A stretch of 64,000 nt of DNA from Octopus sinensis. Its lineage: Eukaryota. Both the position numbers and the translations under genes were made by a program. Numbering within the stretch: position 1 is the first letter of the stretch; each line of letters starts with the position of its first letter. The DNA lies in NCBI RefSeq assembly GCF_006345805.1, contig NC_042998.1, forward strand, positions 116,188,001 to 116,252,000, in the 5' to 3' direction. Positions 28,787 to 42,000 of this stretch are shown in pieces. Below the pieces are notes generated by a model. That model was not told where the DNA came from and did not search any database. It worked only from the letters and a program-made list of their open reading frames with translations.

Positions 28787-29242
28787 AGCCAAGTCGGAAC
28801 AGATATTTTCACGAGGCATTTACCATTAAACAGTAGATGAAACGGTGCATCGTATAAGAAATTACAGGGTAAATGTTTTTTAATTTTCTCCTGGTTTACG
28901 GAATTGATGTTTATTTGCGGTTGAAGCTTTGGCTGTTATTTCTAGTGGGTGAATGGCCTATTATGGCCGTTCCTTGATTGTGATGTTGAACTTAAAAATG
29001 GTCTATGACTATTTAATTTTTTCCCACTAGGCCGCTGGTGGCAAAAAAATTCTACAAAATTTTTTGCCACCCTATATTGATTAATTATGAATTTTCTGGT
29101 TAGTTCCGTAATGGAATCGGCGGCTTATATTTATTTGCTGCCGATAAATTTGGCGCGAGTGCGATGATTTGAAAATTTTAGGTCAGATATTGCCGAGGCA
29201 GGGTCGGAAATGCCTCGTGAAAATATCTGTTCCGACTTGGCT

Positions 29243-29348
29243 ATTTCTTACTGATGATTCTAAGGCCTATAGAAGATTGGCTTGATTTAATTTAATCAGG
29301 TTAGTTTACCATTAAACAGTAGATGAAACGGTGCATCGTATAAGAAAT
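29243..29348 (+). ncRNA. Type I hammerhead ribozyme motif with an extended stem II
   Basis: Stem I atttctta/taagaaat (8 bp), CTGATGA 29251-57, stem II base TCTA/TAGA closed by a U.U mismatch, GAAA 29325-28, stem III ACG-gtgcat-CGT, GUA triplet with cleavage after 29340. Confidence 0.65.
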
Positions 29349-29430
29349 TACAGGGTAAATGTTTTTTAATTTTCTCCTGGTTTACGGAATTGATGTGATA
29401 TATATATATATAATATATATATATATATAT

Positions 29431-29462
<32 letters not shown>

Positions 29463-32400
29463 ATATATATATATGTTATCAATTAAAACGTCGATTTTCA
29501 GACACTCGAGTGTGTTTTGAAGGAGATTTGGCTGATATTTCTTGCATGCGGACTAACACAGTTCTCATTCAAGAAAAATAGCCCAAACTCATTAGAATAT
29601 GATCCGAAAAATATGATTTTCCAAATATATTTTAATTGTATATTCACCAAATATTTTATAAACTTTTATATAAAAGATTTTGCAATCAGAATAGAATACC
29701 ATACCTTATTCAGGATATGACTTGAAAATACATAGCTGTATATAATCTTGATAAAACCGGATTTTAGAATTCAATATTATACCATTTTAATGAGCCTTCG
29801 CTTGTTCAAATTCGGATAAAATAGCTGTGATATTGAACAGGTGATTATTGATATCTTTCTTGGCAGTAAAAGCATTACAAATTACAACTCCAGCTACGCA
29901 CGTTAAATATAAATGCTAATTTATGTGAAGCTTTCATGAATAATGGAATTGGAAGTGTCACGATAATGTTTTCGATTTTATAAACTTGTTATTGTAAATT
30001 GAGTTCATTTTTGAGTAAAACCGCCCTCGCATCAAAATCAAAATAATTGTGTTAACTAAGATGTTCGCTATATGTCAAGCACTGATATTTTAACTGAGTA
30101 TGAAGAGATAATAATGTTCTAAAATGGAGAACATTTCAGTTGAAACATGATGCAGACGTTTTGTAACAGGTGTATACATTTTCAGTCATTAAGAACTAAA
30201 GACTTCTTTGTTTCGGTTATATGCGCTGACCTTTTTGTGAAGCCCCCATTGCAACTTTCCTATTATTCTACCTCATGTGTTAGTAAACGAAAAAGATTTT
30301 TAAAAAATTAAGAAATTATCAGTTTGAAGATTATATGAAATGATATTGCATTTAGAATTAAATAAATCACATGACCTTAAGAAACGCTGTCATAAAAGAA
30401 AAAATCCACGTAAAGATAAGTTAGGACAATCTAGATATTTACAAAACTGTAACACCATTGTATTAAAGATACGATCACACATATTAAAAAGAAGAAAAAT
30501 GTATTTTCAGATATGTTTTGATACATAGTGAATGGACGTTATTAATATTAGAGAAAATGCCAACCAAATATATTAGCTGAAATTCTTGATTTCTAAATTT
30601 GAAATAAAGCCAAACATTCGTCAGGGCTACTGTAGATGACTTCGGCCACAATTTATTATTGGCACCGATTTTGCAAAACCAAGATTTGTATAAGCAAAAC
30701 TCTGATCTATATGATTTGAATTCCGATTACTACTTGACTAAATAATGTAAAGAATGTATTTGAGCACTTTACGATCTCTGACGATGTACCACACTTATTT
30801 GATTATAGCATATTTAATTATAAACTTATTGGATACGAATGCTGAAATTTTACCCAACAGCAAAAAATTGGAATGGACGTTTAAGAATGCATTCGCACTA
30901 AAATCAAAATAGAATTTAGAAAATAGAGGGTATTTAAAGTACATATTCTCACGAAATAATGATTCTTTCCTTTTAGCTGAAGTTAAATAAATGTTATGAG
31001 CAATTATATACATTAAGTTAAGTTGAGGTCGGCTTTACCTAAATATTAACACTGATTTGGATGTAGAATATCACTTAATTTTGTCATAAATGGCACATAT
31101 ACTTTCACTTTCTTTCACCACATTTTCATGTAAAACTTCTATGAATGTTTAGGCCTCATTCTTGGCAATTGTCCAGGAATAATGTCCGGTGATTTTTGTA
31201 TGACGTAGAAACAATAGAAGAAAAGAGAAAAAAAATACGATGGATTTTTTTGTTTCAGTTTGTGCGTGTGGTAAGGATATATATTTCGAATACTAATTCT
31301 TGAACTTGGTACTAAAATACGATAAAGTTGTAACCGATTCTTTCGTTTCAGTCCTAATTGATTTTAGACTGCAAATATTACTGAAACTGTTAAAAAAATC
31401 TCGGGAATCTAAACTTGAAAATTATATTTCAGATTATTGAGTATACGAAAATGCGTATAGATGGCTACATCAGTTTAAGAATTAATGTTATATCGATAAA
31501 ATCTCTTCTAATACAATACAAAATTGATTGTGAGAAACGATAGAAAATCTTTGCAATAAACTTGACTTTCTCCAAATTTAGTCGAAGTTAAATATCCAAG
31601 GAAATAATGAAAGTGTAGTAAATAACATGTTGTGATTGAATCTATAGTTCCCATACAACATAAATATTTCACTCTTTAAGAGTACTTGGAACAAAATGAA
31701 TAACAAACTGAGATAGTATATTTATAAATAAAAAACGTACTAACGCAGTTGTTGACTAAGATGATTATATAATTAATCTGATTCGAATATCCATAACTTT
31801 TGCCTTCAAAATACACCGAGTATTTTAGAATAAATTCCGAGAAAATGAACTTTAAAAATTCCTTCTATTGAAGCTCATTTAACTCGTCTCTGATGATGGA
31901 ATATCATTTATTTCCTTGAAAAAGCTATAAGACCACCTTTCTATTTATAAATGCCCTAGGAATATCAAATTGTCTTGGCCTTGTTATCCTATTTTATTTA
32001 ATATATATATATGTGTGTGTGCGCGCGCATGTATTTTTGCGTGGGTGTATGTGTCTGCTTGTAACATAAGAAAATTAATAAATATATAGAAAGGATTTTA
32101 ATAAATTTATTTGAGTAATATTTAATTACCTATATAGCTAATGGTGATGGAAATGCATGATCACCGTAATTCTTATCTTCATTATAAAGATAATTTGTTC
32201 GGTTGTGGGTTAATAGGGTATCTTTCATGGTGTAGTCCAGCAGCATTGATAGTATGTATATATATCTTCCATACACGATTGCAAATTTATGATATAGTAG
32301 ATCTCCGTGCATCTGTAACCTCAAATCCAGAATGCTGTTTATTCGGTGGATGTTTTCTCTCAATTACTGGGCTTACAATATCCTTACTGTCTATGCTAGG

Positions 32401-34218
32401 GAATGTTATTTCTTTGAAGCTACATTGTCATTGGTTAAACAGAACACCCTGTCACGGGATCATGCAACATTAGTGAGATTTGTAAACCTACATGATCTAA
32501 TTGTTTAAAACTTATTAAAAGATAATTTTCTACAAAGTTATATTCAGCTGTGGTAATGGTTATTTATTCTAAAAGTAGAGAGGAATTGGTTCCACCATGT
32601 TTAAAGACATATGAAAAGCTCTTACAATGGATTCTCAAAGTAGGCTATTGAACTATGCAAAAAAAAACTTAGATGAAAAGATTATAGTGGTCACAAATCT
32701 AAGTTTGCTCACTGTGTCTTTAGATCTATATATCGATATATATTGTAATTATAGTAAGTGTAAGGAGAACATGCTGTCCAATAACATAAATTTAAGCCAT
32801 CCATCAATAACGCTAAAAATCCTTAGTAACATCCGTTAGCACACATATAACTTATGTTTTAAGATTATAAAGAGCATTTCAGACATACTACACAATTATA
32901 GTGACACATTAAAAGAGCTGGCTTCAAAGAAATATTACATTGCATTCAGAACACTTATATTCATAAACACATCGCTGAACCTTTTATATAAACATCTCCC
33001 ATACACCAGATAAATTATAGGCCATTCACTATAAAAGTAACGACACTGTTGTTGCTAAAAAAAAAACTAAAGTACTTTTAGAATAAATAGAATAACAATT
33101 TCCAGTGCGAACGTGCAATCTTTTTCACTTTTTATGCATCATTCGAAACATTAAATTTTATGAACTTCAGGACTATATTGCAGTAAAAACTTTTGGAAAA
33201 AAAAAGATATTTTCTCGGATCATAATTGTATATTCCGACCTTTCCTTTCTAAGGGATGTCTCAAAATTGGGTCAGACTAGCTGCATTATTTGTAGATAAC
33301 TGTCACACAAATTCACGGATACCTTGTGGAAACCTCACTCACGCTTCCATATGGGTGCGTATATGCGTGCTTGCTTGTGTTTATGGAAAATAATTGGAAA
33401 GGAATTGGTTCCACCACGTTTAAATAGACCACACGGCTTCATCAGATGATAGCATGCCACACTATATATATATATATATATATAATATATATATATATAG
33501 TTGAAATTGACAGAAAAAACAAAAGGTGTATCACTTTAACGGTCGGGAAGGTGAGAAAGTCTTTATATATATGCAATTATATGATCAGTAATCTTATGTA
33601 TATGTGTAAGAATGCCTCTCTTTGAGCGGTATAGTTTTCTTTCTGTAATTCTGTAACATATTTTACATTTTTTAATCTATGGTTTTATAATTTGCTTTAT
33701 ATCTGTATATTGTTTAGCTAAAGATTGCATGTGTATCTGGGACACAATCTATAGCTGCATGTTGTGCGTGGACATCGGTTACTATTTACAAAGCAGGTCT
33801 GACCTTTCGACTGATAACTGCTGTTCAACAAAATGATAATTACCTGATTAGTGAAAGTGTTAATGAAAATATTCTACGTGAAAATACAAATATGGATAAG
33901 AATAGTCTGCTACAAATAAATTGGTAAGGAACAATGTCTTTGAAATAGATTGTTTTAGCTTTAGAATCTGAAAAATTTTAAATATTACGTTGGAAGAATA
34001 GCAAGGTAAAATGTTCAAATAGTGGAACGGATGCTGTGCAAGTTTTGAGGTTGAAGTTTTCGCTGGAGGGCTCAACACGAAACTTTAGACGTCTCTTCAT
34101 TCCTTCGAAATAAAATGTTTTCCATTGTTTGAATTATTTGCATTTGTGTTTGCTTTGTCTTAAATGTCAATTTTCAAAACAAACAGAGTTTCGTTTGTGT
34201 CCTGTTTTTAATCACCAG

Positions 34219-34289
34219 GTTTATTTGGTATTCTGGAAGAATACCAGGAAGCGGCCATGAAATTCGCCAACCAAAACTCTCCCAAACAA
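34219..34289 (+). CDS. Candidate exon resembling the start of an iGluR N-terminal domain: (G)LFGILEEYQEAAMKFANQNSPKQ
   Basis: Acceptor ttttaatcaccAG, donor GTatgt, 71 nt, phase 1/0. Resembles GluA IGGLF...QEYSAFRVG and has the phase-1 G|G boundary known from iGluR exon 2. Similarity judged by eye. Confidence 0.4.
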
Positions 34290-35952
34290 GTATGTATATA
34301 TAACGAATTAGTAGTATTTAATATTTATGGGGATGTATAACCATTAACTGTTTCATAAAATTCCCGCATCTTCCAATAACTTTTGAAATATATTCGTTAT
34401 ATATATATATATATATATAAATTTTAATCTGCGCTTTTAATACTTTTTATAAAGTAATTAAATATTTATCTTATTCTATTGATTATAGATTTTTAAAATC
34501 TTGGACGACATTACCCAATGCTTCCTTCCGCTATTAAAAACGTAGTTTAATGTAATGGGTTTAAGTAGCAATATTAAGACTAGCTGTTATTGGTGATTTT
34601 CATCTCTCTTTAACTTTGATACCCTATAGTTATGAACACATTCATCGCAATAGTAATCCATTTTTTGTCAATCTAATACTCGGCCTGAGCAGATGGTAAC
34701 GGGAAGTAAGCGGCCAGTTGGTATATTTCTAATTTTCAGCAGAAATCATATCTCAACAGTGAAAGGAAAAACAGGATCCTTTGGAAACAAACCCCTTTTA
34801 GTAAAAATTTGATTTCTTTGTTTATTCAATCCGGTTTCTCTCAGTACGTTGTGTATACTATATGTATACGCAGGTTTAGCTACAGTCCATACATAATTCA
34901 TATGAATTTAGTACACAAGTAATAACGCATCAGATGAATAGTTTGAAATCTCAATTTCGTACTTGAACAGTTTGAAATTTCACATCTAGACCGGGAACAT
35001 ATTAGTTGAAAGGACATTTACGTTCAACTTCGACCTTTCTCTTTACAAGTATTCTTTAAACGGAACAGTTGAGTGCAACGAAATTTATTACTCTTTCTAG
35101 CTGGCCAAATTACCCAACATAGACTTTCACGTTATTTATTAAGTAGTTAATGAAATTTTGCAGAACTAATTTTTGCCGAAATAATTCTTAGCTTGTGTTT
35201 CTTCTGAAAATTTGTGGATAACATTGTTTAACATATCGCCCGAAGTATGTATCACACGGCTAAAATCCAAATTTGCTGTCGTAGTAATTTCACAGTCAAA
35301 TATCATATCAGCTATTTCTCTTTGACAAGGAGATTTTTCTGGGTAAATTATGAATGAAAGTTTCTAAGAAATTATAACAATTTAGTGATTTACAATGCGA
35401 GAGAGCATAATAAGCTCAAGACGAAATAGAAATCGCACGTATGATGATCGACTCTATATAATGCTTGAAAAATATATAACGTTTGAAAAATAACATGCAG
35501 ACGATGATATTTATGTTAGTATTTGTTTAACACGTATTTTACCGATTCTGGGTGTTGTGATGGTATAGTCGTGTTTGGCATAATTTAAACACTACAGAAT
35601 AAAAAATACGTGCGCCATTTTATCCATTCTGTTAATCCACTACTACACTTTTCCACTATACAAGAATACTATCCAACTGATTTAGTTTTGGATATTCAAG
35701 TTGTTTTTGTTGAAATGCAAATTGGATTAAAGTTAAATAACTTTTGGTCTTCTATTTTAAAATTTTATTGATTTATATATTATGTTTTATTTTAATTTGT
35801 TTTTGAGATTCTGTCAAATAATGCCATATTTTGCATAACAACGCTGAAATATGAAATGTCACGCATATATACAATTACCGAAAGACACAGGACAAATTCT
35901 GCTTTAGAAATTGGAATTCAACATTGAATAGAGTATTATTCTCATCATTCAG

Positions 35953-36010
35953 CTGTGTCCACTTTTAGTGAAATCAGGAAATTTTAACATCGATAATTCT
36001 CTTCAAGTTG
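35953..36010 (+). CDS. Candidate following exon: LCPLLVKSGNFNIDNSLQV(G/A)
   Basis: Acceptor ctcatcattcAG, donor GTcagt, 58 nt, phase 0/1, in frame with 34219-34289. Resembles GluA LTPHIDNLEVANSFAV. Confidence 0.35.
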
Positions 36011-36338
36011 GTCAGTGGCTCCATAACACACTAATTAATTGTGGCTGGTTAAAATTTAGGATAAGGATTCGACTCTAGTAAGGAAACTAAATTTACAATA
36101 TTCCTTATGAGTGAGAATATTTATCCTACATCTAGCGACTTTCCGTTATTTCAGACTAGAAAACACATTCCCCATCACCCTGAAGGAATAGGAACTACTG
36201 ATCATCTCCGTTTTCAGCAGTAAACGTTTTCATGTAGATGGTTATAACATACTTACACACACGCACATACACACAGACTCACACACACAAACATACACAC
36301 AGGCACACAAACACACACATACACAAATATATATATAT

Positions 36339-36427
<89 letters not shown>

Positions 36428-36792
36428 CAATTCATAAGTGAATACATATATACATGCATAAATAAATGCATACATACATACATACATATGTATTTAGAAC
36501 CACAGAAGTAGTAAATATTCAAGTGAGTTTTCGCTCGCTATGAAACATCTGTAGCTCAGATCTTATCTACTCCATTCCTTAACTCATGTATTCTAATTCG
36601 CAAACGCGGCGACTCTGATCATCTACCGTGAAATATAAAAAAAATTTTTTTCAGTTTATTGCATTTAGATACAAAAAAATTCCACAACCATCCGTTTCAA
36701 TAAAGCACTATTTTGTCCCGGAAAGTTGTTTTTCATATTTACTATGGATTGTTTGAAGATAACTTTCTTCCTACCCCTCGATCCCTATATCT

Positions 36793-37922
36793 TATATATA
36801 TAAGTAATTAAGTCTATGTCCGGTTAATGAGCGACCGATGATTTCGCATCCACAAAGGGTTTAAACCCGTGGTCGTCTTGTGAAACTCCAAAATGGGATT
36901 CCTACCTCTGGGAGGTAGGGATACCTTATGGCCATTTTCTTATTAAGTCACCAAAAAGTAAATAGCCCCTTAGACCAATTTTTTGAGGAGAAAAAGAAGT
37001 GGAGTAAAGGATTCTCCGCTTCAGCTTGTTTTAGATCGTGAGGACCGTTCCGGGTCTAATTGGAGTAAGGGGAATCCTATGCTTGCAGCAGGTAGCGTTT
37101 GAAATGTGAAGACTATAGCGTCAACATCACGGCCAGGGATGACCATCACAATGATGACAGCCGCAGTGATATCGCCGGACCTACGTTTCGAAATGATAAA
37201 AGCATCGATGGTAGCTCAATAACACCGGCGGAAACAACAAGATCTTCGGGCCAAGAGCCAAGCGAAGATGCGCCAGTGATGTGTGCACAACCAATACCCA
37301 AGCCTAGAAATAGTTCGGGTCAGCCGGGACGACCATCAAACGACGCCTGTACAAATACAGGCCCTCTCACTTCAAGGATTCTGGAAAGACAATTCGTCAC
37401 AACCCTGCCCTGTCACGTGTGGTGCTTCAAAGATGAAGATATTGTATAAGATATCAAGTGGAGGATCTTACAGCCACCGGGAGCCTTCATTAATAGGAGC
37501 GAACACTGCAAGCTCTGTATAGCTGAGCGAGCAAGGATGCTCAAAGATTCTCTGAAACCTGGATCACTGAACACTCATCAGGAAATTTATAGTCTTTGCA
37601 TCTATTTCAAGCGCTACCTGCTGCAAATAGGTCCTGACGATCTAAAAATACCCCAAGGGAAACATCGCATGTTGCCACTGTTTTAGCCCCACCTCCACAA
37701 ACTAGTCTAAGGGCACAACCCGTCCTCATTAACCCCGGAATATTCAGTCTTTTGTGACTTACTGACCAAATGACTGTAACGGATTCTTGCCTCCCAGAGG
37801 TGAAGAGTTACATTTGTCTCTTGCTTTAGAGTTTGAAAGATGTCCACTGAACTAAACCCTTTGTGGATGCGAAACCACTGGCCTCTGTATGACCGGATAT
37901 AGAGTTAACAACTTATATATAT
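36793..37922 (+). mobile_element. Penelope-like element 3' fragment bounded by ~80-bp inverted repeats (inverted pLTRs)
   Basis: Perfect 22-bp core tttcgcatccacaaagggttta (36842-63) and its reverse complement (37853-74) inside longer imperfect arms. The interior encodes DIKWRILQ...RSEHCKLCIAERAR...SLNTHQEIYSLC, like the C-terminus of PLE GIY-YIG ORFs. Confidence 0.7.
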
Positions 37923-38109
37923 CAGCGACCTTTAGTTTAGTTCAAATACTTTTGACATATTTCAACTTCCAAAGCCACTGCAGTTACCGTGGAGAAAGAT
38001 TCTCTTTGATGGTAAAAGGTGAAATTGCAGTAAATTTGCCTTTACGAGTTGAAATAAGCCACAACCGTAAAGTTTATTTGCACCTAAACACATTTTATCT
38101 CTATGTTTA

Positions 38110-39050
38110 GAGGCCTAAACATAGAGGGGACAAACAATGACGAAGGGATTAAGTTGATTACAACAACCCCAGTGCGTAACTGGTACTTATTTAATTGACC
38201 CCGAAATGATGAAAGGCAAAGTCGACCACGGCGGAATTTGCTAAGAATGAAGAGTAGATGAAATACCTATTTCTTTACTACCCACAAGGGGCTAAACACA
38301 GAGAGGACATGCAAGGACAGACAAATGGATTAACTCGATTACGTCGACCCCAGTGCGTAACTGGTACTTATCTAATCGACCCGAAAGGATGAAAGGCAAA
38401 GTCGACCTCGGCGGAATTTGTACTCAGAACGTACAGAGAGACGAAATACCTATTTATTTACTACCCACAAGGGACCAAACAGAAAGGGGACAAACAAGGA
38501 CAGACAAACGGATTAAGTCGATTACATCGACCCCAGTGCGTAACTGGTACTTAATTTATCGACCCCGAAATGATGAAAAGCAAAGTCGACCTCGGCGGAA
38601 TTTGAACTCAGAACGTAGCGGCAGACGAAATGCCTATTTCTATTTCTTTACTACCCACAAGGGGCTAAACACAGAGGACAAACAAGGACAGACAAACGGA
38701 TTAACTCGATTAGATCGACCCCAGTGCGTAACTGGTACTTATTTAATCGACTCGAAAGGATAAAATGCAAAGTCGTCCTCGGCGGAGTTTGTGCTCAGAA
38801 CTTACAGAGAGACGAAATACCTATTTCTTTACTACCCACAAGGGACCAAACACAAAGGGAACAAACAAGGACAGACAAACGGATTAAGTCGATTAGATCG
38901 ACCCCAGTGCATAACTGGTACCTATTTTATCGACCCCGAAAGGATGAAAGGCAAAGTCGACCTCGGCGGAATTTGAACTCAGAACGTAGCGGCAGACGAA
39001 ATACCCCTAAGCATTTCGCCCGGCGTGCTAACAATTTTGCCAGCTCGCCA
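38110..39050 (-). repeat. Tandem array of five ~184-bp SINE-family-A-derived units behind one SINE head
   Basis: cagtgc(g/a)taactggtac recurs near 38170, 38351, 38535, 38722 and 38905; the tRNA-like head occurs only at 39010-39050. Confidence 0.9.
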
Positions 39051-42000
39051 ACCTAAACACCTATATTGGTTCGAGAAATCTATTTTAACAATTAGATGTT
39101 TGTTGGCGTTGTCGATTTTAATGAGTTCCATAGGCGTAATATATTTACGTACTTTTTCAGGCATGTTGTCGTTTTAAGAATATGTCAAAACAATTACATG
39201 TTTTGCAAGTGTGTGCAAGTGAGTTTGGCATAAGTTAACCTATGGGATTATATATAATGTTGATTGGTATGCAATAAAACTAAACTATCAACGTAATAAC
39301 TCACTCGATGTACACTATAATAAGAATATATTGATTTTTAGGTTCCCTACACTCAATATTTAAATTTGCGTTAAAGAAAGAGAATTCCCTTTCGTCAATG
39401 GTATTTACAATATATTTCAAACACTCTTTTTGTTCGATTTGTTAACAATACGAGTATATCAAAATAGTCATAGAAGTTTAGAACACGAATTAATCCCGTT
39501 TATGTTCAATTCAGTCAACTATATGCTATTAAGTAAATGCATTTTCCTTTCTGTACGTTTTCTTCAAGAGTAACCTTAGGTGATATATTACTATTATCAC
39601 TGTTTAGCAATTGAAGAAAATTCCTCTTGAAACATTAATTATATTTAATGTACTGAAATAGAAATATATTCATGACAACCAACGGAGATTAATATCTTGG
39701 GGGTGAAAATTTAGACATTTTGAGCAAATTAATTTTAAAGGTGGGTTATTTTTTCCTTGAACATGTCAGTTATTGAAATATAATTATATTATAGAATCAA
39801 TATTATACAATTTCTCTTAATTATTTTTATAACTTCAACAAAGTGCTTACAATACACACAACAACGTTTGTCTTGGATTTTTTCTGAACATGCATAAGAC
39901 TGAAGCTTTCTATTATTCTTTCAGTTTGTAGGTTATTTAAAATCTAATTGAATTTGATGTCAGGAATTTTATGTTATTGCATTAATAGCTATACGTAAAA
40001 TATTTACTAAATTTATTGATTATAAGTTTCGTACACATCACAGGTATAACTTATTCAAGTCTAACGTTGTAAAACATAGTTCAAATTTAAAGAAAAACTA
40101 CTCCAAAAAGTATTACTAATTTATTGCTAAACTGTATAAATTTGCCATGTAACCTAGGTAATATCGAAAACCATAATAACAAGAAAATTAACTTATACAC
40201 TAAACATTCGAATAAGATAGACAGCAGGACAAATATATTAGCAAACTCACTAAGAGATATTCTAACAGTTAACAGGCTTTGATCCAAGAATGTTACCACC
40301 ACTAAAAATTATACACAATATCTTAACGATTTTAACATCAATTGGTGTCGATTGCAATCGCCACAAAAATGAGTGAGTGAATTTATTAAGATGTATAAGG
40401 GATATCTGAGAAACTCGAAAAATGAGCAGATTAGTAGAGGGAAGGATCAATTTCTATACAAAATGTAATAAACATTTCAGTTAAGGAAGCTATCATAAGA
40501 GGGAGAGGAAATAGGATTAATGATGTCTAGAGTAGGCACAAGGTCATACATTTTAAGGAGTGCTTATAGTCTATAAAATCGACTCTAGGATATGACAGTT
40601 ACTTATTTCTTTGACTGTAGGCGATGAAAAGCAAAATCGGCCTGCTGTGATATTTGAATTGTGGTGTGATGCCTCAACTTTATAATCGCACATTTTCCTG
40701 TATTTACAGTTTGTCTGGACTCTCTTTTGTTCGATTAAACTGAATGCAAATTCTAATATTTCGTTGCATCTGTTCTATCTGCTTGGATTTTGCTTACTGT
40801 TTTACTGATGTAGTGTATTTGATCTCTTAAATATCTTTCTACTCAGTATATCCACACACGCACACACACACCGACAAACAGTCACACACATTGTGATAGA
40901 TAGACAGACAGATAGATAGACAAATAGATAAATATCTAGAAAGAGGGACGATGAGTTTAATTTTAGTCGATTTATATATGAAATATAATTTCCATTAATG
41001 ATATAGAAATATATCTTATTCAAAGTAAACGTGTAAAATATAGGCATACCTTGAAACTACTTTCAACGGGGTTTCGAACTGAACATGAATCAAATTTTAC
41101 TTATTTCTCTAATGCATTTAGATAACACAGGAATATGAAAGTGGATTCATACATATTTCAAAATGCAACACTATGGGGTTTTGTGGAATTACAATGGTCG
41201 TGCCAAAATTGGAAATTGCTCACTCTGAATATCATTCAATTCTGTCTAAAGTATCTAAACCTGAAAACATTCTGTTTTCTGAAGTGTTTATAATACTCGT
41301 GGATTTTGAATCACAGTAATCACAGCATATCCAGCAGAAAAGTACAAACAATAAAAGAAGGTCTATTATATGCTTCGTATTGTCAAATAGTTAATTCTTC
41401 ATTACTTGCAAATTCGACAACGTTTAAATAACCAGGGATGAATAATAATATTTTCGTTTCAGATCTTGCACAACTTTCGTATATCTGACAATATAATTTG
41501 AGATTCTGAAACACTTCACAGGATAGAATATGTTAATTATAGTATTTATAATCTTTGTCAGGCTTGTTGTCTGATGCTGAGTCTTTGTGCCATGATATTC
41601 ACATATTAATATGGTAATTATAATATTTATAATCATTCTAAGGATTCCTCTATTATGCCGCGGCTTTGTTGTTAAGATATGAACATTCTCACGTAGTTTC
41701 AGATAGAATTTGTTCAGTGAGCTTATATGTAATGCGTTTCTCATTGAACAATATTCTCATTTCCTCTCGGTGCATTTATCGAATACCATATATTATCATA
41801 ATGAGATATTCTATAGCTTAGAATCCTAATCTTTTAATATCTCGACAAAGAGTTACAGAGGAACAAAAATCTTAAGCAAATAGTTTTACTACTTGCTGAC
41901 AGAAGAAACAAAAGCTTCAGTAGATCTAACCTAACCTTAGTATTGCTTAATCGTGATTTACAGGTTTATAGAATGTTCAGAGAATTACAATCACATATAC

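Larger units (their letters stand above)
28459..29396. mobile_element. Hammerhead-bearing fold-back element (486-nt partial tandem plus inverted copy) in (TA)n
   Basis: 28459-28724 and 28819-29084 are identical 266-bp inverted arms; 29208-29396 is the reverse complement of 28633-28821; accattaaacag recurs at 28822 and 29308 (period 486). Confidence 0.8.

Noticed and set aside
32141-32473. ORF with a hydrophobic stretch as possible signal-peptide exon for the plus-strand candidate
   Set aside because: Available donors are phase 0 or 2, whereas 34219 needs phase 1.
38110-39050. Regularly spaced repeats suggestive of a CRISPR array
   Set aside because: Whole ~184-bp units are homologous with no unique spacers, they derive from a SINE, and there are no cas genes in this eukaryotic context.
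38979-39164. Minus ORF with MELIKIDNANKHLIVKI, resembling GluK QELIK...LRLKI
   Set aside because: No acceptor site, weak donor, and flanking residues do not match.
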